DNA of 64,000 nt from Nostoc indistinguendum CM1-VF10. Lineage in GTDB: Bacteria; Cyanobacteriota; Cyanobacteriia; Cyanobacteriales; Nostocaceae. The stretch covers positions 5,482 through 69,481 of the forward strand of contig JAHHHS010000028.1 of the NCBI GenBank assembly GCA_019359215.1, given 5' to 3'. The position numbers were made by a program, and so were the translations under genes. The notes under the pieces are model-generated. The model saw only the letters and a program-made list of their open reading frames with translations. It searched no databases and had not been told where the DNA came from. The first letter of the stretch is position 1; every line of letters begins with the position of its first letter. Shown piece by piece: positions 48,094 to 59,588 of the stretch.

Positions 48094-49480
48094 TTAACCC
48101 TGTTTTGTCACTCTGGCAGTAGTATAATAAAGTACGAATGCTAGAGCCAAGACACAGAGTATGGTACAGCCTCGTCCAGCCGCACCAACAGTAAAATTTG
48201 TGGACGAATATTGCCAATGGTATAAAAGCCTGTTTCCAGGTGTTAGGAGCTTCGAGGCTTTTAAATACCTTCATGTAGGGTGTATTTCTGAACTAAAACG
48301 GAAAACCCTACCAGAAATAGCACAAATTGTAGGATTGGACAATCACTCTTTAACTACATCACCTTGGGATATAGAGAAGTTAAGAGCTTTGCGATTAGAG
48401 CTAATTTTACAAGTTCTAAAAGGTAGACCAATCATTCTAATTATTGATGAGACAGGAAATAAAAAGAAAGGGAATAAGACAGATTATGTGAAACGACAGT
48501 ACATAGGTAATTTGGGTAAGGTAGAAAATGGAATTGTAGCAGTCACGGCGTATGGTGTATTCTGTGGGATGACTTTTCCATTACTGTTTGAAGTATACAA
48601 GCCACGCGAAAGATTAAAGCCAGGAGATAAATATCTTACTAAGCCTCAAATAGCAGCAATAATCATAAAAAAGCTAGAGTTGATGGGTTTTAACTTCAAC
48701 CTAGTACTCGCAGATAGCTTATATGGTGAGAGTAGTGCTAATTTCATATCTATATTAAACGATCTGGGGTTAAATTATCTAGTGGCGATTCGCTCAAACC
48801 ATTCTGTAGAGCTACTTCCTAGACAACATACTCAATATTTAAAGTGGCATAAGTTTAAAAGGGTATTCTCTAACTTGAGCAGTGAGAATCGGTTTATTAG
48901 GGAAATAATTCATGGTAAACGACAAGAAAAAAGGTATTGGCAGATTACTACTGACATTGAGAAATTACCCGGTAACACTACTTGGTATGTGATGAGTAAA
49001 TACGCAGACCTTACACCAAGAGATGTGGGAAACTTTTATGGTTTAAGAACTTGGGTTGAATATGGCTTGAAGCAAAGTAAAATGAATTAGGTTGGGCTGA
49101 CTACCGTTTAACTCGCTATCAAGATATTGAACGCTGGTGGGAGATTGTTTGTAGTAGCTACTTAATGGTTAGCCTTCACTCTGAACAAACGTTTTCGGCT
49201 CTCAGGCAATCAAAATTAAAATCTAATTTTGCTTCACACCCCTGGTGGGATGATGGAAAAGGCTGGAAGAATATTCTTAACAATCTCCGTTTAATAATTC
49301 AACCTTTTACTTTATTTAACCTAATATATCCCTGGTTAACAGTTTTTCCTATTCCCCAATTGTCCTTGGGTTTTTCTAAACTTCAATCTATTATTTATAA
49401 CCTCACCACTTCAATTTTTATTTTCATGACTCACCCTGATTTGTACTTTTCCTCTGCCTAGAGTGACAAAACAGGGTTAA
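48094..49480 (+). mobile_element. IS701-family (IS4 superfamily) insertion sequence, 1387 bp
   Basis: Perfect 21-bp terminal inverted repeats ttaaccctgttttgtcactct (48094-48114) / agagtgacaaaacagggttaa (49460-49480), extendable to about 26 bp with one indel. DDE transposase inside. No obvious target-site duplication. Confidence 0.85.
48161..49461 (+). pseudogene. IS701-family DDE transposase, frameshifted
   Basis: ORF A 48161-49090 (..LIIDETG.., ..LADSLYGES.., ..RTWVEYGLKQSK) continues in the -1 frame as NELGWADYRLTRYQDIERWWEIV.. to 49461. The break lies in an A-run at about 49079-49082. Confidence 0.8.
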
Positions 49481-49533
49481 ACAACTATAAGCAGTTCTTT
49501 GTCTACATCCCAGCAAAATGCGACAATATAAAG

Positions 49534-49782
49534 ATGAGGTTTACTAATTATTTGGCAATGGAAGTTTTAAAACTTACAACTAAAATCGATGAATCAGGAT
49601 ATTTAAATCTTAATATTCCAACGCAGTTAGCGGCGGTTGAAGTTGACATTGTAGTTGTTTTGAATCCAGTTTCGTCAGAGGAAAAGCAGCAACCTAGTTA
49701 TGATTTCTCTGATTTGGTGGGGCGATTAAGTTGGCGGGGAGATGCGGTAGCAATGCAGAGGAATCTACGCGATGAGTGGTAA
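49534..49782 (+). CDS. vapB: Putative antitoxin of a VapBC-type pair
   Basis: 82-aa ORF (alternative ATG 49558) overlapping the PIN toxin gene by 11 nt. Confidence 0.6.
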   Translation: MRFTNYLAMEVLKLTTKIDESGYLNLNIPTQLAAVEVDIVVVLNPVSSEEKQQPSYDFSDLVGRLSWRGDAVAMQRNLRDEW

Positions 49783-50149
49783 TCGCTACGTGTTGGATAC
49801 GAATGCGATAGTAGCTCTGCTTCAAGGAAATTCTCAACTTATTCAATTACTCCAAGATGCTGATTGGATTGGAGTTTCAGTTATTAGCAAAATTGAATTT
49901 CTCGCGTTTTCTGGGTTGAGTCAAGAGGATCGTCAGCTTTTTGAGCAGTTTTTGCAACGAGTTGAGGTTGTCAATTTAGTGGCGAGTGATGCTGTTTTGA
50001 TTAAGAAAATCATTGAAATTCGCCAGCAATATCGTTTGAAACTACCAGATGCAATTATTGCAGCAATGGCGATCCAAAATTCAGCAAGTTTGGTGACTGC
50101 CGATCAAGAGTTTGCGAAGGTAACAATTTTAACAGTAATTAATTGGTAG
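49772..50149 (+). CDS. vapC: PIN-domain toxin VapC
   Basis: 125 aa with YVLDTNAIV, LPDAIIAA and TADQEF acidic PIN motifs. Confidence 0.8.
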   Translation: MSGNRYVLDTNAIVALLQGNSQLIQLLQDADWIGVSVISKIEFLAFSGLSQEDRQLFEQFLQRVEVVNLVASDAVLIKKIIEIRQQYRLKLPDAIIAAMAIQNSASLVTADQEFAKVTILTVINW

Positions 50150-50329
50150 ATTCCATCACAATAAGTAAAAAAGTCAAATAAAAATTCTGTAGCTTGATCG
50201 CCGCAATGCTCAAGCGATAAGTAACAGAAAGCTTTGGCTATTTTTTTCGATTTAAGAGCGATGTTTACAATGGTCACTGAGCTTGCCGGAGTACGGGCTA
50301 AAAGTCTTCTGAGTCCTTATGTCAACCCT

Positions 50330-50454
50330 AATTGAGATGATCTTACCCTGGTAAAGCGATGCCTACCGCGAGCCGAGCTTCTCTACGAGACGCTCCGCGT
50401 AGCTTGCTTCCACGGAGTGGTACGCTAAGGCATTACTAAGATCATCATCCAATT
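50330..50454. mobile_element. MITE-like element with terminal inverted repeats, carrying an SDR-type repeat
   Basis: aattgagatgatcttac / taagatcatcatccaatt ends. The interior has cttctctacgagacgctccgcgtagcttgcttccacggag, as at 61170-61246. Confidence 0.5.
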
Positions 50455-50465
50455 AATTGCTTTTG

Positions 50466-50777
50466 TTAGTTCTTTTTCACATCACGAGCCATATTGAGGA
50501 AATAGTCATCAATTTTGGCATTAGAACGACGGCGGGTAGTGGCGGAAATTTTAGGAGTGTTATCCTGATTAGTTTCAATTTGCTCTTTTGCAGAAGCTTG
50601 TTTTATACCTTGCTGCTGATCAGATTCCAAGAAATAACCAGAGCTATTGAATCCAAACAGGTTGCCAAAAAAACCAAAGAAATTTCCGAAAAAATTGGAA
50701 CCACTTTGGAATAAAACACCAAAGAAGCCTTGAATCCGAATGAACAAGTTCCGAACAGTTTGAGTTAGACGAAACAT
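50466..50777 (-). CDS. Hypothetical protein with Phe/Gly-rich segment
   Basis: 103-aa ORF with a FFGNFFGFFGNLFGF stretch and a basic C-terminal half. No family recognised. Confidence 0.45.
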   Translation of the reverse strand: MFRLTQTVRNLFIRIQGFFGVLFQSGSNFFGNFFGFFGNLFGFNSSGYFLESDQQQGIKQASAKEQIETNQDNTPKISATTRRRSNAKIDDYFLNMARDVKKN

Positions 50778-51048
50778 AACAGCACCCTCTATGATTGCCT
50801 ATTATCATTGTGACTTAATTCCAATAGGAGGCATGGTGCTATGCAAAAAATCTACCAGGCGTAGGCGTGAGAGCAGCGAAAATATATTACAAGTTACATT
50901 TGAAACTTTTATACTTGGCACCACTAACCCTATAACTGCGTCAACTATCTTGCAGCTAAATTACTGTATCAGTTTTCCTGGTGTAAGAATTTAACCTTGA
51001 TATGGCATGAATATATAACCAATTAACCTCATTTAGTAAGCAGAAGTA

Positions 51049-53346
51049 ATGACAACTCAGTTCTGGAAAAAAAGCATAAAAATTAATGCTACTTTAACTA
51101 ACTTATTGTTTAAGCCTGTGCGTAGAGGCTTACTCCTATGTCGCAGTAAGTTACGCAAAGCGTCTGGTATTGCAGCTAGTCGCCAGACATCGCCTTTCAT
51201 TCATCAAGGTTGGTGGTTTTTAAGGAAGCGTCTGCTGCCATTATTATGTCTGATATCATTCGTTGCGGTATTGCTACTCAACAGCTTTGCCCCTGCTGTT
51301 GCCCAACTACCTCCTCAACCCCGTCAGGAAATTCGGGGGGTGTGGCTGAGTGGTAACGATTTTAGTGTTTTTAGAAATCGTTCAAAGGTGCAAGTAGCTA
51401 TGAGCCAACTACGGCAGCTAAACTTTAACACTGTTTATCCCGTAGTTTGGAACGATGGCTATACACATTATCCCAGTGCCATCATGCAAAAAAAAGGTAT
51501 TCCCTTCTTCTTTAAGGGAATAGATGGACAAGATGTGATTGCAGACATTATCAGCCAAGCCCGCAGAGAAGGGCTACTAGCAATACCTTGGTTTGAATTT
51601 GGTTTTATGGTTCCTCTAAGTTCGGAACTCGCATCTCAGCATCCAGATTGGCTGACACAAAAGCCAGATGGGACTCAAACTTCAATTAGTGCTGCGGGTG
51701 AAGTAGCGTGGTTGAATCCCTTTCACCCGGAAGTGCAAAAGTTTATCACCGAACTCGTGACGGAAGTCATTACTCAATACGATGCTGATGGCGTTCAATT
51801 TGACGACCACATGAGTTTACCTGTGGATTTTGGTTACGATAAATACACGATTAGTTTATATACTCAAGAAACTGGTAATCCTCCCCCAACTAATCCTCAA
51901 GCTCAAGCATGGATAAAATGGCGGGCAGATAAAATCACTGCATTCATGGTACACCTCTACCAAACCGTGAAAGCCAGAAAACCGAATGCTATTTTCTCGG
52001 TTTCTCCTAATTATTATGATTTTGCCTACAAGTTGCAACTGCAAGACTGGCTCAACTGGGTACGGTTGGGTATTGTCGATGAGTTAGTCATGCAGGTATA
52101 CCGTAATGATTTAGAAAGTTTTATCGCTCAAATTACCCGGCCAGAAATTTTAGAAACCCAAAAAGTCATCCCAACTGGTATCGGTATTATGGCGGGGTTA
52201 CGAAATCGCCCAGTTTCCATGCCACAAATCCAATCCCAGGTAGAAGCAGCACAGCAACGCGGTTTAGGTACTGGCTTTTTCTACTACGAAAGCCTTTGGG
52301 ATATTGCGCCTGAACCAGCAGCGCAACGACAGTCAGCATTTGCGGCTCTTTTCCCAAACCCAGCGTTGCGGGACATCTCTCAAAATACACCCCGCAAGCC
52401 AACTTTTGATACTATATCCCTACCTTTATATACAAAACCTTCTCTCGGTCAACGTGTTCGCGGCTATTTTCTGGAAATGGCGATCGCAAATGGTCAGCCA
52501 AAGCGTATCTTATTAGATACAGGTTCAGCAGGGCTGCGAGTTCCCAAAGAGTTTTTAGGTAATGCTCCTATCCGCAGAACAGGACAAAATATCAAGGAAG
52601 TATTGAGTGATGGCACTATCCTAGAAGGAGAATTAGTTTATACTAATGTCCGGTTTGGTTTACTTCCCGCCGCAGAACCTGTTCCGGTACAGATTGTTAC
52701 TAGTCGCCAATGTATTCCCCAAAAGCCTAATTGTTCAGCAAAGAGTGGTGTACCATTTTCCGGTATTATCGGTGTCAACTATTTTGAAAAGTCACTCCTC
52801 TATAATCCGTTGAGAAAATTACCAGGCAATCTGAGTAACGGATTTATTGTCAATGGAAATGGTGGTAGTAATAAGAATGGCAGTTTAATCCTCGGTTTGA
52901 CTGCTGATAATCAAGCAGGTTTCAAAATGGCTGCTTGGAGTAAACAAAGCGAAATCAATGGTGTACCTGGTAATAGATGGGACTCTCAACTGAGCAAAGT
53001 TTGTCTAACTCTTGCTGGGAGTTCTGCTAAAAATTCTTGTAATGGCAAAATGCTCACTGATACTGGAGCTATTAATGGTTTAACTGAATTCAAGTCAGCT
53101 TCTACAGCAGGTAAACTCAAACCAGGAGTGTTACGTTCAGCAAATGCTCTGAAAGTAGCAATTAATGGCATTTTTGATTACACCCTAACACCAGGAACCC
53201 GCGACGGATTTAATCGCTGGAATTTGAGTATCTCACCACAGGCAGAACTTCCTGTATTTATAAGTACTGGCATCGCCTTTTTTGATAAATACGATGTACT
53301 TTTTGACCCAGTTAATGGAAGACAGGGTTTTCGCAGCCGACGGTAA
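51049..53346 (+). CDS. Glycoside-hydrolase-like family 10 (GHL10/DUF187, YngK-like) protein fused to a C-terminal pepsin-like two-DTG domain
   Basis: 765 aa. Membrane anchor near aa 60-85. GHL10-like EIRGVWLS..NFNTVYPVVW..DGVQFDDH. C-terminal LLDTGSAG (Asp490) and LTDTGAIN (Asp671), ending in YDVLFDPVNGRQGF. Confidence 0.75.
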   Translation: MTTQFWKKSIKINATLTNLLFKPVRRGLLLCRSKLRKASGIAASRQTSPFIHQGWWFLRKRLLPLLCLISFVAVLLLNSFAPAVAQLPPQPRQEIRGVWLSGNDFSVFRNRSKVQVAMSQLRQLNFNTVYPVVWNDGYTHYPSAIMQKKGIPFFFKGIDGQDVIADIISQARREGLLAIPWFEFGFMVPLSSELASQHPDWLTQKPDGTQTSISAAGEVAWLNPFHPEVQKFITELVTEVITQYDADGVQFDDHMSLPVDFGYDKYTISLYTQETGNPPPTNPQAQAWIKWRADKITAFMVHLYQTVKARKPNAIFSVSPNYYDFAYKLQLQDWLNWVRLGIVDELVMQVYRNDLESFIAQITRPEILETQKVIPTGIGIMAGLRNRPVSMPQIQSQVEAAQQRGLGTGFFYYESLWDIAPEPAAQRQSAFAALFPNPALRDISQNTPRKPTFDTISLPLYTKPSLGQRVRGYFLEMAIANGQPKRILLDTGSAGLRVPKEFLGNAPIRRTGQNIKEVLSDGTILEGELVYTNVRFGLLPAAEPVPVQIVTSRQCIPQKPNCSAKSGVPFSGIIGVNYFEKSLLYNPLRKLPGNLSNGFIVNGNGGSNKNGSLILGLTADNQAGFKMAAWSKQSEINGVPGNRWDSQLSKVCLTLAGSSAKNSCNGKMLTDTGAINGLTEFKSASTAGKLKPGVLRSANALKVAINGIFDYTLTPGTRDGFNRWNLSISPQAELPVFISTGIAFFDKYDVLFDPVNGRQGFRSRR

Positions 53347-53391
53347 GAGAAAAATAAAGACTTCCTCTCTCAAAATTAATGATACAGACCA

Positions 53392-53503
53392 CTAGTAAAG
53401 CATGGCGTAAATAAACATACCATTTCAAATGGTGCAAGAAGCTCGGAATACAATTTTTTTGAATTTTGAATTTTGAATTTTGACTTCCGCGTTGCGGTGC
53501 TAG
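53392..53503 (-). mobile_element. MITE-like dispersed element, copy D (full length)
   Basis: ctagtaaagcatggcgtaaataaacataccatttcaaatgg..gaattttgaattttgaattttgacttccgcgttgcggtgctag. The terminal CTAG overlaps the stop codon of the 53500-54390 gene. Confidence 0.65.
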
Positions 53504-54390
53504 TTTTCCTGAACCAGCAAAACTGATTTTACGGGACGCTTGATAGGATTTCCCTCTAAATCAACCTTCCCGTAAAAGGTTTTGCCATTGTAATAAAGTG
53601 AAGACGAACTCCCCCCATCGAGATTCATCGCTTTATCAGCACCAAGAGTTTTCATAAAATCGGCTAGTGCTGGCAAGGATACTCCAGAGTTAGCAGAAGC
53701 CGAGGGTTTTTGAGCTACCATAACTAAAACAACGCTGCCATCACGGGTAATACCCACGGCAGTTCTGGCGTTGGGTTGGTTGCTGCCAAGTGCATCTCGT
53801 TTATTGGCATTATCTACAAACCCTTCTTTTTCTAAAGTAAGTTTTGGTAACAGGCTTGGGCCTGCACCTATAGCATCGACTAACCGACAACCTGCTGGCT
53901 GTGACGCATTGTGCAGGGCAATATCATAGCGAACAGTCTGTCCACATAGGTAACGGCGAAATTCTGTACGATTGAAAATTTGACTCAGATAAGATTTTAA
54001 GTTGGGATTGTTCACCAGTCGCTCGTTTTCCTTGGGGTTAGCTACCAACTTCCCTTGGAGGATGACATAGGATGTAGATTTTTGGTTGGCTGGGTCAAAA
54101 AAGCCTGCGTTCAAAATGGCTAAGGCTCGATGCTTCTCGGCAAATTCCTCTACTGTGGCTACCTTTTGTGATAATGCAGGAGTTACCAAAAATCTGCTAT
54201 TAGCTGGAATCAAGAGAATGTGAGCGATGCTTTGGGGCAAAGTGCGCTCGAAGTAGCGGATAGTTTTTGGTGGTGAAGATGTAATAGTTGGTATTGATGG
54301 TGTTGAGGAACGCAAATTAAACCACAACACCATTGTCAAACTAATTAATATTAAAGCCAGTAGTTTGATTTTCGTCACATTTAAACCCAC
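53500..54390 (-). CDS. Phosphodiester glycosidase family protein (DUF2233 / NAGPA-like)
   Basis: 296 aa with N-terminal anchor. NAGFFD, RTAVGITRDGSVVLV and MNLDGGSSSS motifs. Confidence 0.8.
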   Translation of the reverse strand: MGLNVTKIKLLALILISLTMVLWFNLRSSTPSIPTITSSPPKTIRYFERTLPQSIAHILLIPANSRFLVTPALSQKVATVEEFAEKHRALAILNAGFFDPANQKSTSYVILQGKLVANPKENERLVNNPNLKSYLSQIFNRTEFRRYLCGQTVRYDIALHNASQPAGCRLVDAIGAGPSLLPKLTLEKEGFVDNANKRDALGSNQPNARTAVGITRDGSVVLVMVAQKPSASANSGVSLPALADFMKTLGADKAMNLDGGSSSSLYYNGKTFYGKVDLEGNPIKRPVKSVLLVQEN

Positions 54391-54609
54391 TTGCAGTTAG
54401 CTACAGGCCCAACGGAGCGAAATGGCTTAGGGTGTAGTATAGCAGAAAAACAGATAGCATTTAACCGTTTAAAATTAAACTCAGCCCGACACTAAGGGTG
54501 GGGTTTTTACTTACCTTGAGATACAAGGATTTTTTCTCTACGAGACGCTACCGCGAACGCGCCACTTGCGGGCGAGGTTTTGAACATGAAGCGAAGCTTT
54601 TTTGATAAA

Positions 54610-56809
54610 TTAGCCATCTCCTGTAACTGATTCCAATTCTGGAGAGAGCAAATGTGTGTCTCTGAATGTTGAGGCAGGCAAGTACACTGTAAATTGAGTG
54701 CCTCTGCCTACCTGACTGCAAACATTGACAAAACCACCGTGATTCTTAATAATACCCAAAGCCGTGGAAAGTCCTAAACCTGTACCTTTGCCTACGTCTT
54801 TGGTGGTGAAAAATGGTTCAAAAATTCCGTTGCTGAACTTCCGATGACATACCCATACCAGTATCAGTTACCACGATCGCAACATAAGAACCCACTTTAG
54901 CATTAATATTAATCTGGGCAGAATGTTCACCAATCACCAGATTTTCCGCAGTAATCCTTAAGATACCGCCATTGGGCATAGCATCGCGAGCATTAACTAC
55001 TAAATTTATCAGCACCTGATGTATTTGAGTTATGTCTCCACGGACATACCACAGATTTTTAGGGATATCTGCCTGACGAATAATTGATTTGGGGAATGTT
55101 TGAGCGATAATTTGCTCAATTTCTGCCATCAATGGCTGAATTTGCACAATTGTCCGTTTGCCTTCAATACCCCGTGCAAAAGACAATACTTGCTTAAGCA
55201 GATTAGTACCGCGTTTAACATTATTTTCTAAAGTTTCCAGTATTTGCTGACTCTGCGAATCGGGCAATTTCTTCTGCAACAGTTGAACTGACATTAAAAT
55301 TGGGGATAGTATATTGTTCAGGTCATGGACGATACCGCCAGCTAACGTACCGATACTCTCCAAACGTTGCGATCGCAGAAGTTGAGCTTCTAATTGTTTT
55401 TGCTGCGTAATCTCGGTGTTCACACTCAAAATCGATTTGGGTTGTCCATTATCATCTCGGATCAGTATCCAGCGACTTTCAACGATAATTACTTTACCTT
55501 CCTTTGTCAGTTGATCCAACTCACCTTGCCACTCACCTGTATTCATCACCTTCAAGTAAGCATCTTCTAGCTGTGGTGAATCTTTATACAAAAGTTGCAA
55601 AACATTCTTACCCACAACTTCCTCAGCCTTCCAACCGTACAGACGTTCAGCACCTTGATTCCAAAACAAGATTTTGTTGTGGATATTTCGCACCAAAATC
55701 CCCTCAGTTGATACATCTAGCAGCAACCTTTGTTCACGGATTTTCTGTTCTGCTTGTTTTTGCTGGGTTATATCTCGCATCAGTGCCAAATGAATAAACG
55801 TACCATCGGATTCGTTACGCAATGGGACAGCATGAGTTTCTATGTAGCGACGGGTACCTTTAAATCCAACAATTTCAAACTTCAAGTTTCCTTTGTTACC
55901 TTGGCAAACATTTTTATGCAAGTCGGCAAAAGCTTCTCTATACTCTGGTAGAATTACCGCAGCAATTGGTTTACCAATTAATACATCAGCACTTTCCACT
56001 TCCATCATTGCCAATCCTTCTGCGTTAATTTCTAAAAGGGTGCCATCCCCGGCAATTAACTTGATGCATTCTGGTTCTGCATCTATCATGGCTCGTAAAC
56101 GGTTTTCGCTTTGACGTAAAGCCAGTTCCGTCTGCTGAAGTTGCCTGATATAACGCCACAACAAATCATACAGCAGCGCCACCAGCACAAAATCCACAAT
56201 AGCAGCGATAAAAAATGTGACTATTGCCTTTTGGGAACTTGCTTGCGACTGCTGCATTCCCTGCTGTAATAAATTTTGTTCTATCTCTAAAAATTCGTGA
56301 ATAAACTGTTGGATTTCTTTGCTGCTTTGGTTGTCTTTATCAGATAAGATTCGCTGCCGAACTGCTTCAAATCCCTGGTTTTGTCTAAGAAAAATTTCTT
56401 GTTGCAGGATGTTGAGCCTGTTGGTAATTTTCGGCTTTAGCAAAGAAATCCATTGCTGCTTTTGATGATTCTCAGCAGTTAATTTGCTAAGAGTTTGAGT
56501 CTTGCTATTAGTTTCTTGATAAACTGCAAGATAAATTTTTAAATCATCTGCATCTGCTGTAATTAAGTAATTACGTTGGGCAGTTTCAGTATCTTTGAGC
56601 GTAGATTGGATACTTTCAAGTTGAGTAATAACTTTATATGAGGAGGTCACCCTTTGCTGGTTGTAAATCAGCTGAACAGTGTTGCTATATGAGACTACAG
56701 CATTTGCAAATACAACTGCCAATGCTAAAACAAATATTGCTTTCAGCTTTTGGACTCGATACCATTTTTTGATCATGCGATCGCCCTTTCTGCCGCAGAT
56801 GCCCTCCAT
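54610..56809 (-). pseudogene. CHASE3-PAS-PAS histidine kinase interrupted by a 1-nt frameshift in the ATPase domain
   Basis: The ORF 54818-56809 ends ..[15 protein letters not shown]. The next frame continues [32 protein letters not shown].. to a stop at 54610. Likely start is ATG 56776. Confidence 0.8.
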
Positions 56810-57019
56810 CAGTTAAAATTAAAGATTAAAAACAAATACTGAGAATATTTTAATGATTGTGACAGCACAGGTAACAAAATACAATCTTTTAGAGTTGTAA
56901 ATATCTGGATTCTTTAGAATGATGATTTATACATAATAGTTACAGATAAATCCGCTAATTTTTAATATAAATTCATTTTCAGCTTTAATTAAGATTAAGT
57001 TGCCTATCCATCAAATTTG

Positions 57020-57046
57020 TAGAGACGTTGCATTGCAACATCTCTA
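57020..57046. repeat. Dispersed hairpin repeat (TAGAGACG family)
   Basis: tagagacgttgca-t-tgcaacatctcta. Confidence 0.5.
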
Positions 57047-57094
57047 TGTTTAGAATTCTAATTAACTCCCATTATCCGTAAATTCAAAATAAAA

Positions 57095-57184
57095 CTAGTA
57101 CAGCGCGGCGGAAATAAACAACCCATTCCAAATCCACGAAATATTTACACTATATTCATTTTGACTTTTACCTTGCGGTACTAG
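57095..57184 (-). mobile_element. MITE-like dispersed element, copy E
   Basis: ctagtacagcgcggcggaaataaacaacccattccaaat..ttttgacttttaccttgcggtactag. Confidence 0.6.
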
Positions 57185-57387
57185 GGCATTGGTAACCTGA
57201 TGCACGCCTAACGCGCCTAAATTGTATAAACACTCTTTACGGTCGTTAACTGTTGACGGTTAACGGTTATCAGCCATCAGCCTTCATGTAAATATTCAAG
57301 TTAAATGCGTAACAGCTTATCAACTTAATGTTACATCAACGGTTTCTAACCGTTGGAATTTAAAACTAAATATATTCTGCAATAAGC

Positions 57388-57416
57388 TTGACATGAGTCA
57401 AGCAATATGCTAATAA
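57388..57416 (+). promoter_or_regulatory. Sigma-70-type promoter candidate for purA
   Basis: TTGACA (57388-57393), 17-nt spacer, TAATAA (57411-57416), about 40 nt upstream of the purA start. Confidence 0.4.
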
Positions 57417-57445
57417 TTATAGTTTGTGGAAACTTTACTTCTTAA

Positions 57446-58798
<1,353 letters not shown>

Positions 58799-58883
58799 AT
58801 TAGTCATTGGTATCATTAGTTATTTCCTAATGACCAATGACTAACGACTAATGACTAATGACAAAGGACAAAGGACAATTTCT

Positions 58884-59489
58884 ATGACTATTACAGTCGA
58901 ATCTCAAAAACGTCCAGAAGGCAGCAAGCCAAGAGCTTTGCGGCGTTCTGGATTAATACCTGCCAATTTGTACGGTCACAAGGGTACAGAGTCAATTCCT
59001 TTGACTATTGAAGCTAAAACTGTTGAACGTTTGCTCAAAAGAGTTTCAGTCAACAATACATTGATTGAATTAAACGTTGCCGATGCACCTTGGCGCGGCA
59101 AAGCCCTACTGCGGGAACTTCAAATCCATCCAGCAAAAGGTACACCCTACCACCTCAGCTTTTTCGCGGTTGCCGGTCACGGCGACACCACTGTAGAAGT
59201 TCGGTTGCGTTTTGTGGGAGATGCTGTTGGTGTTAAACAAGAAGGTGGTGTATTAGACACCGTAATCTCCGAATTGCAAGTTAGTTGTGCGCCAGAAAAC
59301 ATCCCAGATGTAATTGAAATCGATGTTTCCAACTTGCAAATTGGAGACAGCTTGAGTATTAGTGATATACCCTTTCCTGAAGGTGTAACACCTCTAGCAG
59401 AATCAGAGCGACTTGTTGTGAGCGTTTTGCCACCACAAATTAGCGCTGAAGATGCTGGGATAGAAACTGAAACTGAAGCAGCTTCTTAA
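58884..59489 (+). CDS. rplY: 50S ribosomal protein L25 / general stress protein Ctc
   Basis: Start at ATG 58884 ([31 protein letters not shown]). Codons upstream from 58851 are STRR-derived. Acidic C-terminal tail. Confidence 0.85.
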   Translation: MTITVESQKRPEGSKPRALRRSGLIPANLYGHKGTESIPLTIEAKTVERLLKRVSVNNTLIELNVADAPWRGKALLRELQIHPAKGTPYHLSFFAVAGHGDTTVEVRLRFVGDAVGVKQEGGVLDTVISELQVSCAPENIPDVIEIDVSNLQIGDSLSISDIPFPEGVTPLAESERLVVSVLPPQISAEDAGIETETEAAS

Positions 59490-59522
59490 GCTAAGTAAAC
59501 TGTGTAATAATTTTTGATGATA

Positions 59523-59547
59523 CCAGGGGGAAACTCCTGGTTTTTTT
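59523..59547 (+). terminator. Rho-independent terminator downstream of rplY
   Basis: CCAGGGG-GAAA-CUCCUGG stem-loop followed by seven T. Confidence 0.8.
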
Positions 59548-59588
59548 GTATTTAAACCGCAGAGGCGCAGAGAGCGCAGAGGACAGAG

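Noticed and set aside
49075-49095. Programmed -1 ribosomal frameshifting in the IS transposase.
   Set aside because: IS701/IS4-type transposases are normally a single ORF. The break sits in a short A-run without a slippery heptamer plus downstream structure, so it looks like a 1-nt deletion.
58851-58883. N-terminal extensions of rplY (from 58851), recN (from 39207), mutL (from 43568) and add (from 46316) given by the longest-ORF track.
   Set aside because: The extensions are STRR-coded or leader sequence. The canonical family N-termini begin at the internal ATGs used in the feature table.
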